NCBI GenBank assembly: GCA_047967505.1
Contig: CM106538.1
DNA length: 64,000 nucleotides
Source: Dipteris shenzhenensis
Lineage: Eukaryota
Direction: 5' to 3' (one strand)
The translations under genes were made by a program, and so were the position numbers. Below are positions 39,945 to 53,051 of this stretch, in pieces; positions within the stretch are counted from its first letter, which is position 1, and each line of letters begins with the position of its first letter. The notes under the pieces were generated by a model. That model saw nothing but the letters and a program-made list of their open reading frames with translations, was not told the origin of the DNA and made no database searches.

Positions 39945-42900
39945 ATAATATTGAAAAGGCTTAATTATTTTCTCAAAGTTCTCGCTTTAAAAGGTCTGTA
40001 GTGTGAACCCGCTCTCTTTTTTAATGTGTAGTCCGAGAAATACTAGATGCGCCTTGCTTGTGTATCGTTCAAAGTAATGTATTAGGTATCCTTCTATCTC
40101 CTCCATATCTATTGCAAACCCAAGGCAGTAAAGCATTCAAAGAAGGTCTTATTAACCAAACCTCTCCACTATCTGTCCTTAGTATAGGGGCCATTAGTGG
40201 ACAATGTGGTCCTTACACCACATGTGGAAAAGTTTCATATTGGATAAAAAGTGAAAAAAGGGAAACATATAAGGAAAAAATATTTGAGACATCTAAGTTT
40301 AAAAATGCAACAACTAGAGTGAAAAAATTCTAATCAAAATTAAGAATTATTAATAATATTGATTAATATTGAGCCACACATTTGGCCCATCTACCGGTAG
40401 GTGCATAGGATCTACCTCATCAAGGAGTACGTACAAATAGTTTTCATTACGTAAATAGATTATAAGTCATATTGAATAGAATATTATTTTCATTACCCAA
40501 ATAGAATATTAATTTCCATGTGTTTTTTTTGTGCATGCGCCAGCCAGCGCACAGGTTCTAGCACCACTATTCGTATGCAGATAGAGATGCTGAGAGCTGA
40601 GATGAGGGCACTGCAGGATGCTAGGGCACCCCCTCACTTGGTTGCGAGCCTGGATTCAGTTATTGAGGCTCTGAGTCGATTGGACACAGTTGAGGACGTT
40701 GTGGATAGCTTTCAGGCACAGGCGAGGCAGAGATCACTGGTGGTGGCTTGGATTGGAGAGCCATTCGACAGTTGTTTGAGCGGGAGTCACATCACAGGGA
40801 GGCCTTGGAGGACATGTTTTGGGATGGTCACACCGAGGCGATGCGACCACGATCAGGGCTCCCCTTGCATATTTTACAGTGTAGGCACCCCATCATAGCA
40901 GCACACATTTATCCGAGATATCTTGCTGCGAATGGTGGTCGATTGCCTCACAACCACCAGATAGCCAGGTCGTTTGCCATGCAGCTTTACGCTGAGTTTG
41001 TCCTTGGTCATCGGGTGGACTACCTCAGTACCCGTCCAGGATCAGGAGCGGGATGTGGTAGGATGGGGCGTCAGGAGAATCAGATTGTAGGTGTTCGCGG
41101 CGTCGACGCGAGGGACCAGAGTTGCACACCATCCCTGCACCGGCATTGCGAGCAGTGGGAGGACAGATTAGGGGGGATGTTCATTCAGTGGCATCATCCT
41201 TGCAGCACATGGTCTCTGCCCTATCGAGATCTATTGCGATTCCACCTCCCCCACCTCGATCATCGATGGAGCATCCCACATCTACACCACCTCCCACATC
41301 TACGGCGCCTCAGCACGAGTTGGAGGCTCGAGACAGATGGATTGCAGAGTTGGAGGCATTGTTGGCCGAGTCTAGGGACGAGGTTAGTTATTTTGATTAT
41401 GTTAGTTTATTTTTTTGTAGCGTGTTTTGAACTGAAGTTTTTTGGTTAATTCTCACCATGTACGCGACATGTTTGCATTGCAGGCACATCTATTGCGTCA
41501 GGAGATGGAGTCTCGCGTACGACTGTTGCAGACAGATTTGGAGGAGCAGAGGATTCGGACACGCATAGCATACCATCGCGCAGAGCACTATATTTTGCAG
41601 TTGAGGCATATTAGTCGTGATCCGTCGCGCCATAGGATCGACCCCAGTGTGGCCCTATACCCTGCTCCTCCTGTAGATGTGCTGACTAGGACACCCATAG
41701 ACGCAGCAGTCGTAGCGAGGCTTCCTACTGCCACTTGTGTCCTCTGCCACGAGGACTTTGACACCGTAGGGTGGTTTGGGGACTAGGGTGCGGCCACATT
41801 GCACATCTCCATTGCATGACCCGCCACATGGTGGCACGTTCAGTGTGCCCTGTATGCTTTGCTGACATTGATGTGGCGACATACAGAGGACTGGGCATGG
41901 ATGATCTATATCCTGGTCATCGTCAAGCTGTTGATCCATTCGCCCGTGTAGTCTTGACAGAGCACTACAGGGAGGAGCACAGAGAGCATTGCTGATGCAG
42001 GAGGGTGCGGATACATCGGTGGTTGCATCATGCGTTCCACGACGCTTTTCGTATGGTGATTTCATGCCAGGTGACGAGGCACGAGCGGAGGAGGCACGTC
42101 GGATTGAGCGAGAGGCAGAGCTGCAGACATCATTGCAGCAGTGGGTGGAGCAGCAGCTAGGGCGGGGCCGAGACCAGCGTCTTTCACATGTAGAGACGAT
42201 TACTCGCACTGGATTTGAGGCACGAGTATTCGCAGATGCACGGCTATGGGAGCTCAGATGTGCGTACATAGAGGAGGCAAGGGAGGCAGAGATGGCAGCA
42301 GTGGCGCGTGCAGCATGCCCTCCTCTTCATCAGGATGAGGCTGGCCCATCTCATGCAGCTGATGAGGCTGGCCCATCTGAGCCGGCTTTGCCTGAGGGCA
42401 CACAGCGGACGGTTGGGCAGCGGGTCATACAGGAGCCACGTCAGCGTTCCACTAGAGGATCATATGTAGAGTTATCAGATTCGGATTCAGATTGATTGTT
42501 TAGGCTTCACACGTTTCTTGTATAGGGATGCACTTTTGCAGCATGATGATGATGATGTACAGATTCATTTTGGTACTTTCATGATATTGTTCCCACTTTT
42601 ATGATGTATGAGCATTTTCGTACTTTCATGATGTTCTTCACACTTTGTTTATCTCAATTTATCTCAGTTTATAGTTTGTTTAATACATAAGGTATTTAAA
42701 AAAGAATGCCATGTGAAGTAATTGTAAACATTAAACATTAATTGTAAACATTAAACATTAAACATATCAAAATTCATCTTTTTTTGGATGAAAATTTTAT
42801 TTTGCTGATAAAAGTTTTTCATTTTTTAAACAAAAATTTTATTCTATTCATGTTTGTCAATAAAGTGTGTTTCAAAATCCAAATTTTCATCAATTTTTCA

Positions 42901-44272
42901 AAAAGACAACTATTGTCATATTCATGCTTCCAAATCTAGCCTTCCGATCTTAATATCAAAATATGTTGAAATTCAACCATTTGATAAACTAATTTGTATA
43001 AAAAGAAAATTAATTTTTTTAGACAATGCCATAACCCAATGTAAAATTGTTTCATCAAAATTCAAATGAAATTAGATATTAAAGTAACATCAAATTTACC
43101 AACTTTCAATTTATGCTATTTACAAAAAGTATTCTAGAAATGTATATTGGTACAAAACTTATCCATGACTCCGAGGGCAATGTTGTTACCTATGTGTAAA
43201 TCAATTGATAAAAAATTCTTTCAACACCAATGAACTTGAGGGAATGTGTGATCTGGAGATACTTAAACAACATGACAAAAGGAAAAAAATCGAGAAATCA
43301 CCAATGTGTGGACATGCTTAGTTTGTAGGGTGTAGAAATTCTTGTATATGGATTTGATATGGACACTTGCATAGAAAACAATTGGTATTTCAAAGAAAAA
43401 GCTCTAGCAACTCTCTTAGTTGAATGAAGCAGTTTCTTCTCCTTTGCAATTTGTCATGTTTTTTAAATTAAAGGAGAGAATACTTTTTGCAAATGATAAT
43501 ACTAGACATTTTTAGGTTTTGCAATAAAATATAAGTAATATTTTATGCATTCTTTTTTCACAATTCTAGTTTTTTAATATTATTGACATGAAGCATATAT
43601 TTTGTCCCTACAATTTTTAAAAAATATAAATTTTTTGGGGATTTTTTTCAAAAATGGAGTTAGACTTGTCCTTTGCATGATTTTGCTGTTATTTATTATG
43701 ACTCAGTGTTTAATTTGTCTCTTATTGTTAACAATACTTGTGCTAATTGGTGATCAAAGAAAACAAGACCTAATTATTTGTCATATTCGAACCACAATCA
43801 CATGTGCCTTCCAAATCACAATCGCATATGCCTTCCAAGTTTCTAAGGACTATTTCAATTTCCTTAATATGACATTTGCCAATGCACCAATCTAATTATT
43901 ATGCATGTATAAAAGATAATGAACATAAAGAAGAGAAATCAACACAATTGACAATTAATGCATGTATATGGGAATACAAGGAAGGTGTGGCATGCTAGCC
44001 CACCATTTTATTTCACTATTTTCTTTTGCATTTAGTGGTTTATGTACAAGAGAAAGGATTGGCGGTTGGTATAAGGAAAAGTGTTGGTATTTGGTTTATG
44101 TAAAAAGAAAGGGTTGTTGTGGCTATGCACCAAAAAAATATACACATATTAACAATCCCACTTCTCCCTCTTAAACTCTACTCATGTATGGGAGTACAAG
44201 GAAGGTGTGACATGTTAGGCCACAATTTAATTTTACTATTTTCTTTTGACTTTGGTTGTACGCTAACGTGTA

Positions 44273-45420
44273 GTCGTGCTAGTAGGGATTGCTTCTACGT
44301 GGCGCAAACCAAATCAGTTGGAGACCAAATCTTGCATGGATGTACGTCTAGGGTAGCCTAAGAGGCGTGTGAAGTTTCGTCCCCAACAGGGTTTAGGATT
44401 TAGGGTCCAGGGTTTAGGGTTTAGGGTTTAGGGTTTAGTCGCGCTAGTAGGGATTGCTTCTACGTGGCGCAAACCAAATCAGTTGGAGACCAAATCTTGC
44501 GTGGATGTACATCTAGGGTAGCCTAAGAGGCGTGTGAAGTTTCGTCCCCAACAGGGTTTAGGATTTAGGGTCCAGGGTTTAGGGTTTAGGGTTTAGGGTT
44601 TAGTCGTGCTAGTAGGGATTGCTTCTACGTGGCGCAAACCAAATCAGTTGGAGACCAAATCTTGCGTTGATGTATGTCTAGGGTAGCCTAAGAGGCGTGT
44701 GAAGTTTCGTCCCCAATAGGGTTTAGGATTTAGGGTCCAGGGTTTAGGGTTTAGGGTTTAGGGTTTAGTCGTGCTAGTAGGGATTGCTTCTACATGGCGC
44801 AAACCAAATCAGTTGGAGACCAAATCTTGCGTGGATGTACATCTAGGGTAGCCTAAGAGGCATGTAAAGTTTCGTCCCCAACAGGGTTTAGGATTTAGGG
44901 TCCAGGGTTTAGGGTTTAGGGTTTAGTCGTGCTAGTAGGGATTGCTTCTACGTGGCGCAAACCAAATCAGTTGGAGACCAAATCTTGCATTGATATACGT
45001 CTAGGGTAGCCTAAGAGGCGTGTGAAGTTTCGTCCCCAACAGGGTTTAGGATTTAGGGTCCAGGGTTTAGGGTTTAGGGTTTAGGGTTAAGTCGTGCTAG
45101 TAGGGATTGCTTCTACGTGGCACAAACCAAATCAGTTGGAGACCAAATCTTGCGTTAATGTACGTCTAGGGTAGCCTAAGAGGCGTGTGAAGTTTCATTC
45201 CCAACAGGGTTTACGATTTAGGGTCCAGGGTTTAGGGTTTAGGGTTTAGGGTTTAGCCGTGCTAGTAGGGATTGCTTCTACGTGGCGCAAACAAAATCAG
45301 TTGGAGATCAAATCTTGCGTGGATGTACGTCTAGGGTAGCCTAAGAGGCATGTGAAGTTTCGTGCCCAACAGGGTTAAGGATTTAGGGTCTAGGGTTTAG
45401 GGTTTAGGGTTTAGGGTTTA
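44273..45420 (+). repeat. 165-bp tandem repeat (7 units, one of 158 bp), each ending in TTTAGGG telomeric repeats
   Basis: Unit starts at 44273, 44438, 44603, 44768, 44926, 45091, 45256. Confidence 0.95.
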
Positions 45421-46720
45421 GTCGTGCTAGTAGAAATTGTAAAAATGTATGCATTTGTCCTTCCACGTGGCGCATACCAAATCAGTTGGAGACCAAATCT
45501 TGCGTGGATGTACGTCTAGGGTAGCCTAAGAGGCGTGTGAAGTTTCGTCCCCAACAGATAAGTCCACGTGCGTATTTCATTAGTACGTGCACCATTTTTC
45601 ATACGTAGTCACGAGTGCTAGTAGGGATTGTAAAAATGTACGCAACTATCCTTCCATGTGGCGCATACCAAATCAGTTGGGCACCAAATCTTGCGTGGAT
45701 GTACGTCTACGGTAGCCTAAGAGTCGTGCGAAGTTTCATTCCCAACAGATAAGTCCACACGCGTATTTCGTTAATACATGCGCCATAGCTCATACGTAGT
45801 CGTGCTAGTAGGGATTGTAAAAATGTACGCATTGTACCTTCCATGTGGCGCATACCAAATCAATTCAGACCAAATCTTGCGTAGATGTACGTCTACGGTA
45901 GCCTAAGAGCCGTGCAAAGTTTAATCTCCAACAGATAAGTCCACATGCATATTTGGTTAGTACGTGCGCCATTTCTCACACGTAGTCGTGCTAGTAGGGA
46001 TTGTAAAAATGTACGCATTATACCTTCCACGTGGCGCATACCAAATAAGTTGGAGACCAAATCTTGCGTGGATGTATGTCTAGGGTGGCCTAAGAGTCGT
46101 GCGAAGTTTCATTCCCAACAGATAAATCCACATGCGTATTTCGTTAGTACATGCGCCATAGCTCATACGTAGTCGTGCTAGTAGGGATTGTAAAAATGTA
46201 CACAGCTGTCCTTCCATGTGGCACATACCAAATCAGTTGGGCACCAAATCTTGCGTGGATGTACGTCTATGGTAGCCTAAGAGCCGTGCAAAGTTTAATC
46301 TCCAACAGATAAGTCCACATGCATATTTGGTTAGTACATGCGCCATTTCTGACACGTAGTCGTGCTAGTAGGGATTGTAAAAATGTACGCATTATACCTT
46401 CCACGTGGTGCATACCAAATAAGTTGGAGACCAAATCTTGCGTGGATGTATGTCTAGGGTGGCCTAAGAGTCGTGCAAAGTTTCATTCCCAACAGATAAG
46501 TCCACACGCGCATTTTGTTAGTACATGCACCATAGCTCATACGTAGTCACGAGTGCTAGTAGGGATTGTAAAAATGTACGCATTGTACCTTCCACGTGGC
46601 GCACACCAAATCAATTCAGACCAAATCTCGCGTGGATGTATGTCTAGGGTGGCCTAAGAGTCGTGCGAAGTTTCATCCCCAACAAGCAAGTCCACACGCG
46701 TATTTCGTTAGTACGTGCGC
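45421..46720 (+). repeat. ~187-bp tandem repeat (~7 units, 374-bp higher order) sharing the 165-bp core but without telomeric repeats
   Basis: Same core GTCGTGCTAGTAGGGATTG..ACCAAATC..GCCTAAGAG..CCCAACAG; ORFs 45945 and 46319 are 374 bp apart. Confidence 0.9.
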
Positions 46721-47054
46721 GAATTTTCTTAGTCACGTTTTTAAAATGTCCTAATGCACAAAACAAATTACAACATTACTACTAATAAACAATTTTTTGT
46801 ATTACAAACACAACAAATCCCATTGAGAAGACATCGGACATCATGTTAAAAATAGAATCTAATACAATGATGTGTATGAACGTGTATACAGCCATCATAG
46901 TGAAATACAAAATATGAGTCCATGAAAATTACAATGGTACGGTCACACAGTGAGCCTATACATATCGAATACAAAAAAGTGTAATCAACTAGTGATACCC
47001 AATAAAAATCAATCTGATCAACTGATGATCCCAAAAAATATGATATGTAATGTG

Positions 47055-49994
47055 CTACTCCTCAGGATCAGCTCTCATGCCAATAGTTGCAAGTATGCTC
47101 TCGTGATCCGCCACTGCAAGGCGCCATCGTGGAGTGGACGTCGCCTTGCGAGTGCGAACACGACTCAAAGTAATCTTGATCCCAACAACAAGATGAGAAT
47201 ACATGTATGCCTCCTGATCCGCCATGTACTCCTGGAACTCAATATAGCGACCACGCCTCTGTATCTGCTGAAAATAGTGGCCACCTACGATCATGCTATG
47301 AGCATTGAAGTGCATCCCATGCCCATCCACTGTATCCTCATTCAGCACACTCTTTAGCATAGAGCATCGCAACAAGTAATAGTCCACACCCTCCTCATTG
47401 CCCTCCGAAGCAATAACCGCGAAGATATCACCAATACGCAAAATATCTGTAAGCTGGTCATAATCTCTAGAGGAACTGAATCCCGCATCCTGATCATCAT
47501 GTATCTCCTCCCAAGGCTGGAAGGGAGAAAGCACTCGCCGTACCCATGGATCGGCCCATGGTATCATGGAGCACCCTCCCCAATCATCATCAATGCATGC
47601 AGAGCAAAAACATGCAAACCGTCGAGAAAAGATCGCGGGGTGAGACTCACCTACGCTCCTGATGGAATGGAAATCAAGAGTGCCAGGCAGAGAACGACAA
47701 TCAAAAGGCCTCGACCGATCAAGACTCCCAATGTCCACGCACCAAAAATACTGGCTCACCACCCTATCGTCACGCGACTGAAACGAGGACGTAGCACTAG
47801 TGGATAAGTGCTGGCTGCACCACCGCACCACATCATGTGCGTCCTTGAAGCGATCGGCACGGTGACGCAACTGGTATCGATGCAAAGCACGCTTCACACA
47901 AGAACCTACACCATCGTGCTCTCCCTTACCGTGCCCTGTCTCGAAGTAGCTCCATGTGATCGGAATGCCTGTCTCACGGTGCCATCTGCAGAACCAATAA
48001 AACTGTCTAGCGGATTTGAACTGACCACCGCAACCATCTGACCAGATCCAGCGCCGCTGCCATGTGACACCATGATCCCTCAAGAAACTATCATGCAAAG
48101 TGAAGCAATGCTGCACAAAATGGGCATCATGCGATCGATCATCACTAATGTAGAAGTGATACTCTCGCACAATGATGCGTGAGTCCATGGTGCTATCAAT
48201 GCCATCCACATGAGCTTGTGCATGACGATAGCTAATGTGCACAAATATAGCAACCTGCAATATGGCATTGAAAAAAAAATATGACTATTGAGATAATTCA
48301 ATATAATGAGGTGGGGAAAAAATCAATACTCAATCACACGTCACCTGTTCCGAGAAATAATACTCCGATTGGATCTCATGCTGTGGTGCAAAGGTGTAAT
48401 TCTCCGCAAAGTCCACCACTGAGACAACCACCCCTATAGGAAATGTCCTCAAACATGCACGGAACTGACGATCCTCCCATTTCGCAGTGTGCGAGTGGCG
48501 TATGTAGCGGTACAGCTTCCCTCGAAAACAGTCAATGAATACAACACGTGGTGTCTCCTTCCCCACAAGCTGCAACCTCCTCGACTGTGCACCACCATCT
48601 AATGTCAAGGTACAGTACTCATACTGCTGCCAACGAACCATCTGCACATCACAAGTATCTAGTGCAACTCGTGGCACTCTAGCAAAGTCACCACATAAAG
48701 TACACGTGCCTTCCACACAATCAAGGGAGTGGAATAAAGCATCACCATCTCGTGTACACAATATGGAATGAATGAAGTCGCGAGGGCTAGTAGGAACCAC
48801 TCCCCTATGACCATCAAGGGAACGGAATACGTCATACATCAATCCAAAATCCACATGGTAGCGACAACAGCATGTGTCACGCTCCTGAGAGCATCACACA
48901 AACCATGGCCTGCATCGCTCAAATGACCTCTGCCCAATCTTGAACTCCGGGTGCGCCTCTACAAACTGAGTGTATAACTCAGTCTGGGTACACTCCAAAA
49001 AACATGCACCATGCTCAATGTACACACCGCGTGACACCCTCTTCCGCAATGCCTTCTTGAACACCGGGGATGCTCTGCAATGCTCCTCCCAAAATTGTTG
49101 TATGAAGGACCTAGTGGAATCATCCAACAATCGATCGCTGCGAGGTGCATGACCACCACTCGAAGCCCAAAGAGCATCAGTCTCACTATCCTCTAGACTC
49201 TGCCTCCTAATGATGCCTGCTCGCAATGTGTGCGGTGCAATCTGAAGAAGACGTGAAGCGGTATGCACATGGCCTATCATATGAGGTCTACTAATGGCAG
49301 CCACAATAGCACGATGTGCTGCCAAGGCATCACTGGAGTTCCTATGCTTAATAGAAGCATAGGAACGTCGAACACTGCTAAGGACCTCGCTAGATACAAC
49401 CCTATCTCTACGTGCACCAAGACCAGCAAGCCTCCTACACTCTACCAAGTCAGGGTGATCAATCAGGGACGTAAGAAGAGAAGACTGCGAAGCTGGCGTG
49501 AGGTCACAAAAAAAAGACTGCACAATCTTGCTAGTACGACGACGGATAGTGGACTTCGGCAAGTCACGTCGTGAAGCAACACTGCTGCTGCAAGGTGGGG
49601 CAAGGGGATCAATGGGAGATGGTAGGGTGGACGGGGGAAGGGAGGCACCAAGCGGAGCGGGGGGAGGGGGAGGGGGAGGGGGAGGGGGAGGGGGAGGGGG
49701 GAGGGTGGAGGGGGAAGAGGTAGAGGTGGAGGCCAAAATGTAGGTGGCTAGGGGAAGGGCGGAGGCTAGAGGTAGGGGAGCGGATGAGCATGGGGGGACA
49801 ATGGAGGTGGGGGTGGGGGTGGAGGTGGGATGTAGAGGTAGAGCTAGAGGTGGATCAGTGGTGGCAGTGCGAGCTCGAGCTCTAGAGGCTCTCTTGTGCT
49901 CACGAGCCTTCCGCTTGCGCTCCTCGTCAATGAGATTTGGGGGGGGGTTCCTACATCTTTCACGTCTACTAGCTCTACGGCTTTGAGAACCCAT
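47055..49994 (-). pseudogene. Sola2-type DDD transposase, one intron (48255-48344), one premature stop (48894)
   Basis: PWFV*CSQERDTCCCRYH, CVEGTCTLC, VVDFAENY..EIQS, ISDDRSHD, WSDGCGGQFK, FETGHGKGEHDGVGSCVKR, FACFCSAC; Pro-rich N-terminus from ATG 49994. Confidence 0.9.
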
Positions 49995-50223
49995 TCTCAA
50001 TGAAAGTAGGATGGAAGGTGTGACAAAGTGATGAGGAGGCAAGAATGGCTAAGAATGGGTGAAATGAACCAAAACGTGGTGTCTTATAGAGAGCCTCAAC
50101 TCGTCCACTACATTGCTCTAAGATTGCTCTTCATTATTATTGGTGGAGAGGTGCTAAGATTGATACTAATTGGCTTAGTTTTGGTGGAGAGGTCTGCTAT
50201 GCCCAGAGCCCCGATCAGACCTT

Positions 50224-50360
50224 ATACCTCGATCGAGGTATTTAGTGCATTGCGCATGTATGTATGAACCTCGATCGAGGTATCTCTAGGTGTCCTCGGT
50301 CACATACCTCGAACGAGGTATTGTATGCCTCACCCAGGTTATATACCTCGATCGAGGTAT
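50224..50360. repeat. ATACCTCGATCGAGGTAT palindromes upstream of the Sola2 transposase
   Basis: Four copies or variants. Confidence 0.85.
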
Positions 50361-51661
50361 TGTATGCATCGCACATCGTCATGTGTATACATCTGGCTGA
50401 TGTGGCACCATGCATGGTCATGATGTGGTAATATAGTCTCTTCCTGCATGGTCATGATGTGGTACTGGGCCTCTTCGATGACATTGAAAGGTGATGTGGC
50501 ATGATGAGTTGGCATTCATGAGGTGGTAGATTGACATGGCAAATTGAGGTGGAGGGATTGGTGACGTGGCAAGGTTGAGGAGGTATGCCAAGGTGGCATT
50601 GTGTGATCACATGGCTGATGATGTGGAATGATGAGGTGGCACATGTGCCAGCACGTGTGGCAATGTAAGGTGACATGGCAAGGAGTGATGTCACATCTGC
50701 TTGATGAGATGGCACCACGTGGTCTAACAACATGGCATGGTTTTGATGACTCACCCTTCCACATGGGCAGCATACAGACTCCAAAGGCTTGCCACTAGGA
50801 TCGGTGATGCTCCTAGCCTACCTCACCAAGCCTAATACCAAGCCTACCTTGTCTTGGTATTAGGCTTGGGTGGCCCTTTTTCCCCCACAAAAGGGAGATT
50901 TAATTGTTGGAGGCCATATCGTATGTTTCCCTTACTCAAATTTAACCAAAATTTTTTCCTCTTATTCATCATGCAGAGGACTAAAAATATTGACATTTTT
51001 GAAATGTTTGGTTACGTTTGAGAATTACTAGATTTATTTTTAATATTCTTTGTTGATCCTCTAAGGAGTAAAAGTAAAAATTAAACTTCAATCTTCCTAA
51101 ATCTAACCGTTGGATTTGGGATTTGATGATTCAACCACACACCCTTATGTGCTTACTAACCTTCCACCAAATTGGATTTGCTTAATTATTCAAAATACTA
51201 AAAAAATGTGGTGTGCTACTAAAATGCATGTATTTTATGACTTTATTTATTATAAATAATTATTTATAATTAGATAAATCATTCAAAAAATTACCAATAA
51301 ATCAAGTTAAGCTCTACATAATGCAAAGAGACCACTTACAAAGTTTCAATAACATTTAATTTAAAATGAGTGAGAAATTTAGAATTTAATATGACACTCT
51401 TTGTTCGTGACAAACGTGTGACCACCCTGGAACCATGCCGTGTGACACAAAGAAATTTTTTGTGTGTGCATCGAATTTTCGATCAGACTATACGATTGTG
51501 TGCACAATAGCAAGTGTGATGTTGTGTCAGAAGACTTCAAAGACTAGATCCATAGGGAAGTAGGTGAGATTTGCATTTTTGTGTGCTAAAAAGCTTGTTT
51601 TTCCACCTCCTTAGGATTGGGGAGTGAACAAAAAGTGGACACCCTTAGCTTGCTACCACCC

Positions 51662-52110
51662 ACTACAAGGTAGCCCAACACATGCTGAGTCATTCTGGCT
51701 CGAAATTCGGCATTGTCCTCCTGCATTAAACGGTCTAGGAGCACAGCCGCTCGATCCACATATCGACGCGCCGTCTCACCTTCTGATTGCTTCAAGTTTG
51801 TCACATATAGGTACACATTCTCCGACTCTTCTTTGCTGAAATACTCAATCATCACTGCTGTTAACCTTGGCCAACTTTGGCAAACATCATTGGCCTACTT
51901 CTCATACCACACTTGAGCCAAACCCTCTAGAAATCTGGGAAGAACCAACAGCCATCTGTCTTCAGTAAGAAGCTGAGAGAAACACAACGGCACTTGAAGG
52001 CCACAAGATACTCATTTGGATTTTCTTCAACCCATCCACAAAACACAAGAATGTCAACCATGCTTGGAAAATGGAAACGAGAGACGAAATGAGGCTTATC
52101 TATGGGCAAA
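51662..52110 (-). pseudogene. Gypsy gag capsid region
   Basis: FCGWVEENPNEYLVAF, LPRFLEGLAQVWY, LKQSEGETARRYVDR match the plant retrotransposon gag pattern. Confidence 0.85.
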
Positions 52111-52639
52111 CAATGGAAAGAGGTAGCTTGAACTGAAAATCAGGTGAAGATACATCCACAAAGCACACATACGCAGGGTAGGGTGTCACTGGTGTATTGT
52201 GAAATACTACCCGGAAAGAAGTTTCAGCATAGAATAGCTCATAGACAATCTTAAAAGGACCAACCCTCATGATATCATAGGCATCTTTACAAGTGAGGGT
52301 TCGAGACGTGGCGCTGCATGAGGTTGTTCATCAAGGCAAACAAGAATGCCATGACAAATGTCAACAGTTGGAGAGCTTGCACATCACCTTCAACTTCTTC
52401 CAGTTCTTGTAGTCGCCATGCTATTTCTTCAAGGGGTGTGCGATGTGGCACATTTCTTTTGAGCAATGTCCTTGAGGACCTTTCTGATGATCTTCCAAAG
52501 TCGGTAATGTCGCATCAAATATGCCCAACACTTAGTTTCATGATGACCACAACCTTTGCATTCCTTACAAATGATCACCCTCCTTCGTGGCTTGCAGCTT
52601 TGTTGGGGTGGTGCTTCCACTCGCGTCATACGTGATTGA

Positions 52640-53045
52640 AGTACAAGCTTCACGTGCCAAGAAATCAGCAACTGTATTTTGAGGTCGAGGGATATTCTAA
52701 ATTTTTACCTCTTCAAATTGTTGGCACAGTTCCAATGCTTATTGATGTCATGGAACCAAGCCTTTGCTCCGCACCTTCCACCTTCCACTAACTTGTTCAC
52801 ACACTAGTTGAGAATCTCCTTGCATCTCAAGTTGCTTGACATGATGTTCTTGTGCCTTTTGTAGCCCAAAAATGAGTGCCGAGTACTCAGCTTGGTTGCA
52901 AGTACTTGCAGGTGCAAACTGGCTATAACAATACTCCTCACCACCCGATGAAGTGAGCTTCACACCCACACCAGCAGCCTTGGTTGAAGGTTTGTAAGCT
53001 CCATCAAATTGAAGGATCCAAGATGTCATCACACCAAGACTAAGA
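52640..53045 (-). pseudogene. Archaeal-type RNase HI domain (aRH), followed by an extra CCHC knuckle at ~52525-52570
   Basis: WILQFDGA..AGVGV..TCNQAEYSALIFGL..GDSQLVCEQVSG.W..IPRPQNTVADFLAREA (D, E, D, D all present; 3 stops); CKECKGCGHHETKC downstream. Confidence 0.9.
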
Positions 53046-53051
53046 TTCGGA

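Larger units (their letters stand above)
36824..42495 (+). pseudogene. TE-borne coiled-coil + RING-H2 finger gene (putative E3 ligase), frameshifted
   Basis: Telo-box AAACCCTAA and TATAAAA at ~36677-36700; exon 1 36824-36852 splices in phase to 40544; intron near 41383-41483; RING CVLC-HEDF..LGCGHIAHLHC..SVCPVC at ~41735-41860; about 4 frameshifts. Confidence 0.75.
35951..51661 (-). mobile_element. Sola2-type DDD DNA transposon, 15.7 kb
   Basis: 29-bp TIRs GGG(A/T)GGTAGCAAGCTAAGGGTGTCCACTT (35951-35979, 51633-51661); 4-bp TSD ACTA (35947-35950, 51662-51665); Sola2-like transposase inside; excision restores the gag frame. Confidence 0.9.

Noticed and set aside
44273-45420. Chromosome end / true telomere
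   Set aside because: TTTAGGG runs are short, embedded in 165-bp units, and internal to a TIR/TSD-bounded element.
51661-51670. CACTACAAGG, identical to the first 10 nt of one CACTA terminus
   Set aside because: Explained by the last C of the Sola2 TIR + TSD ACTA + gag codons; no subterminal repeats or partner end.
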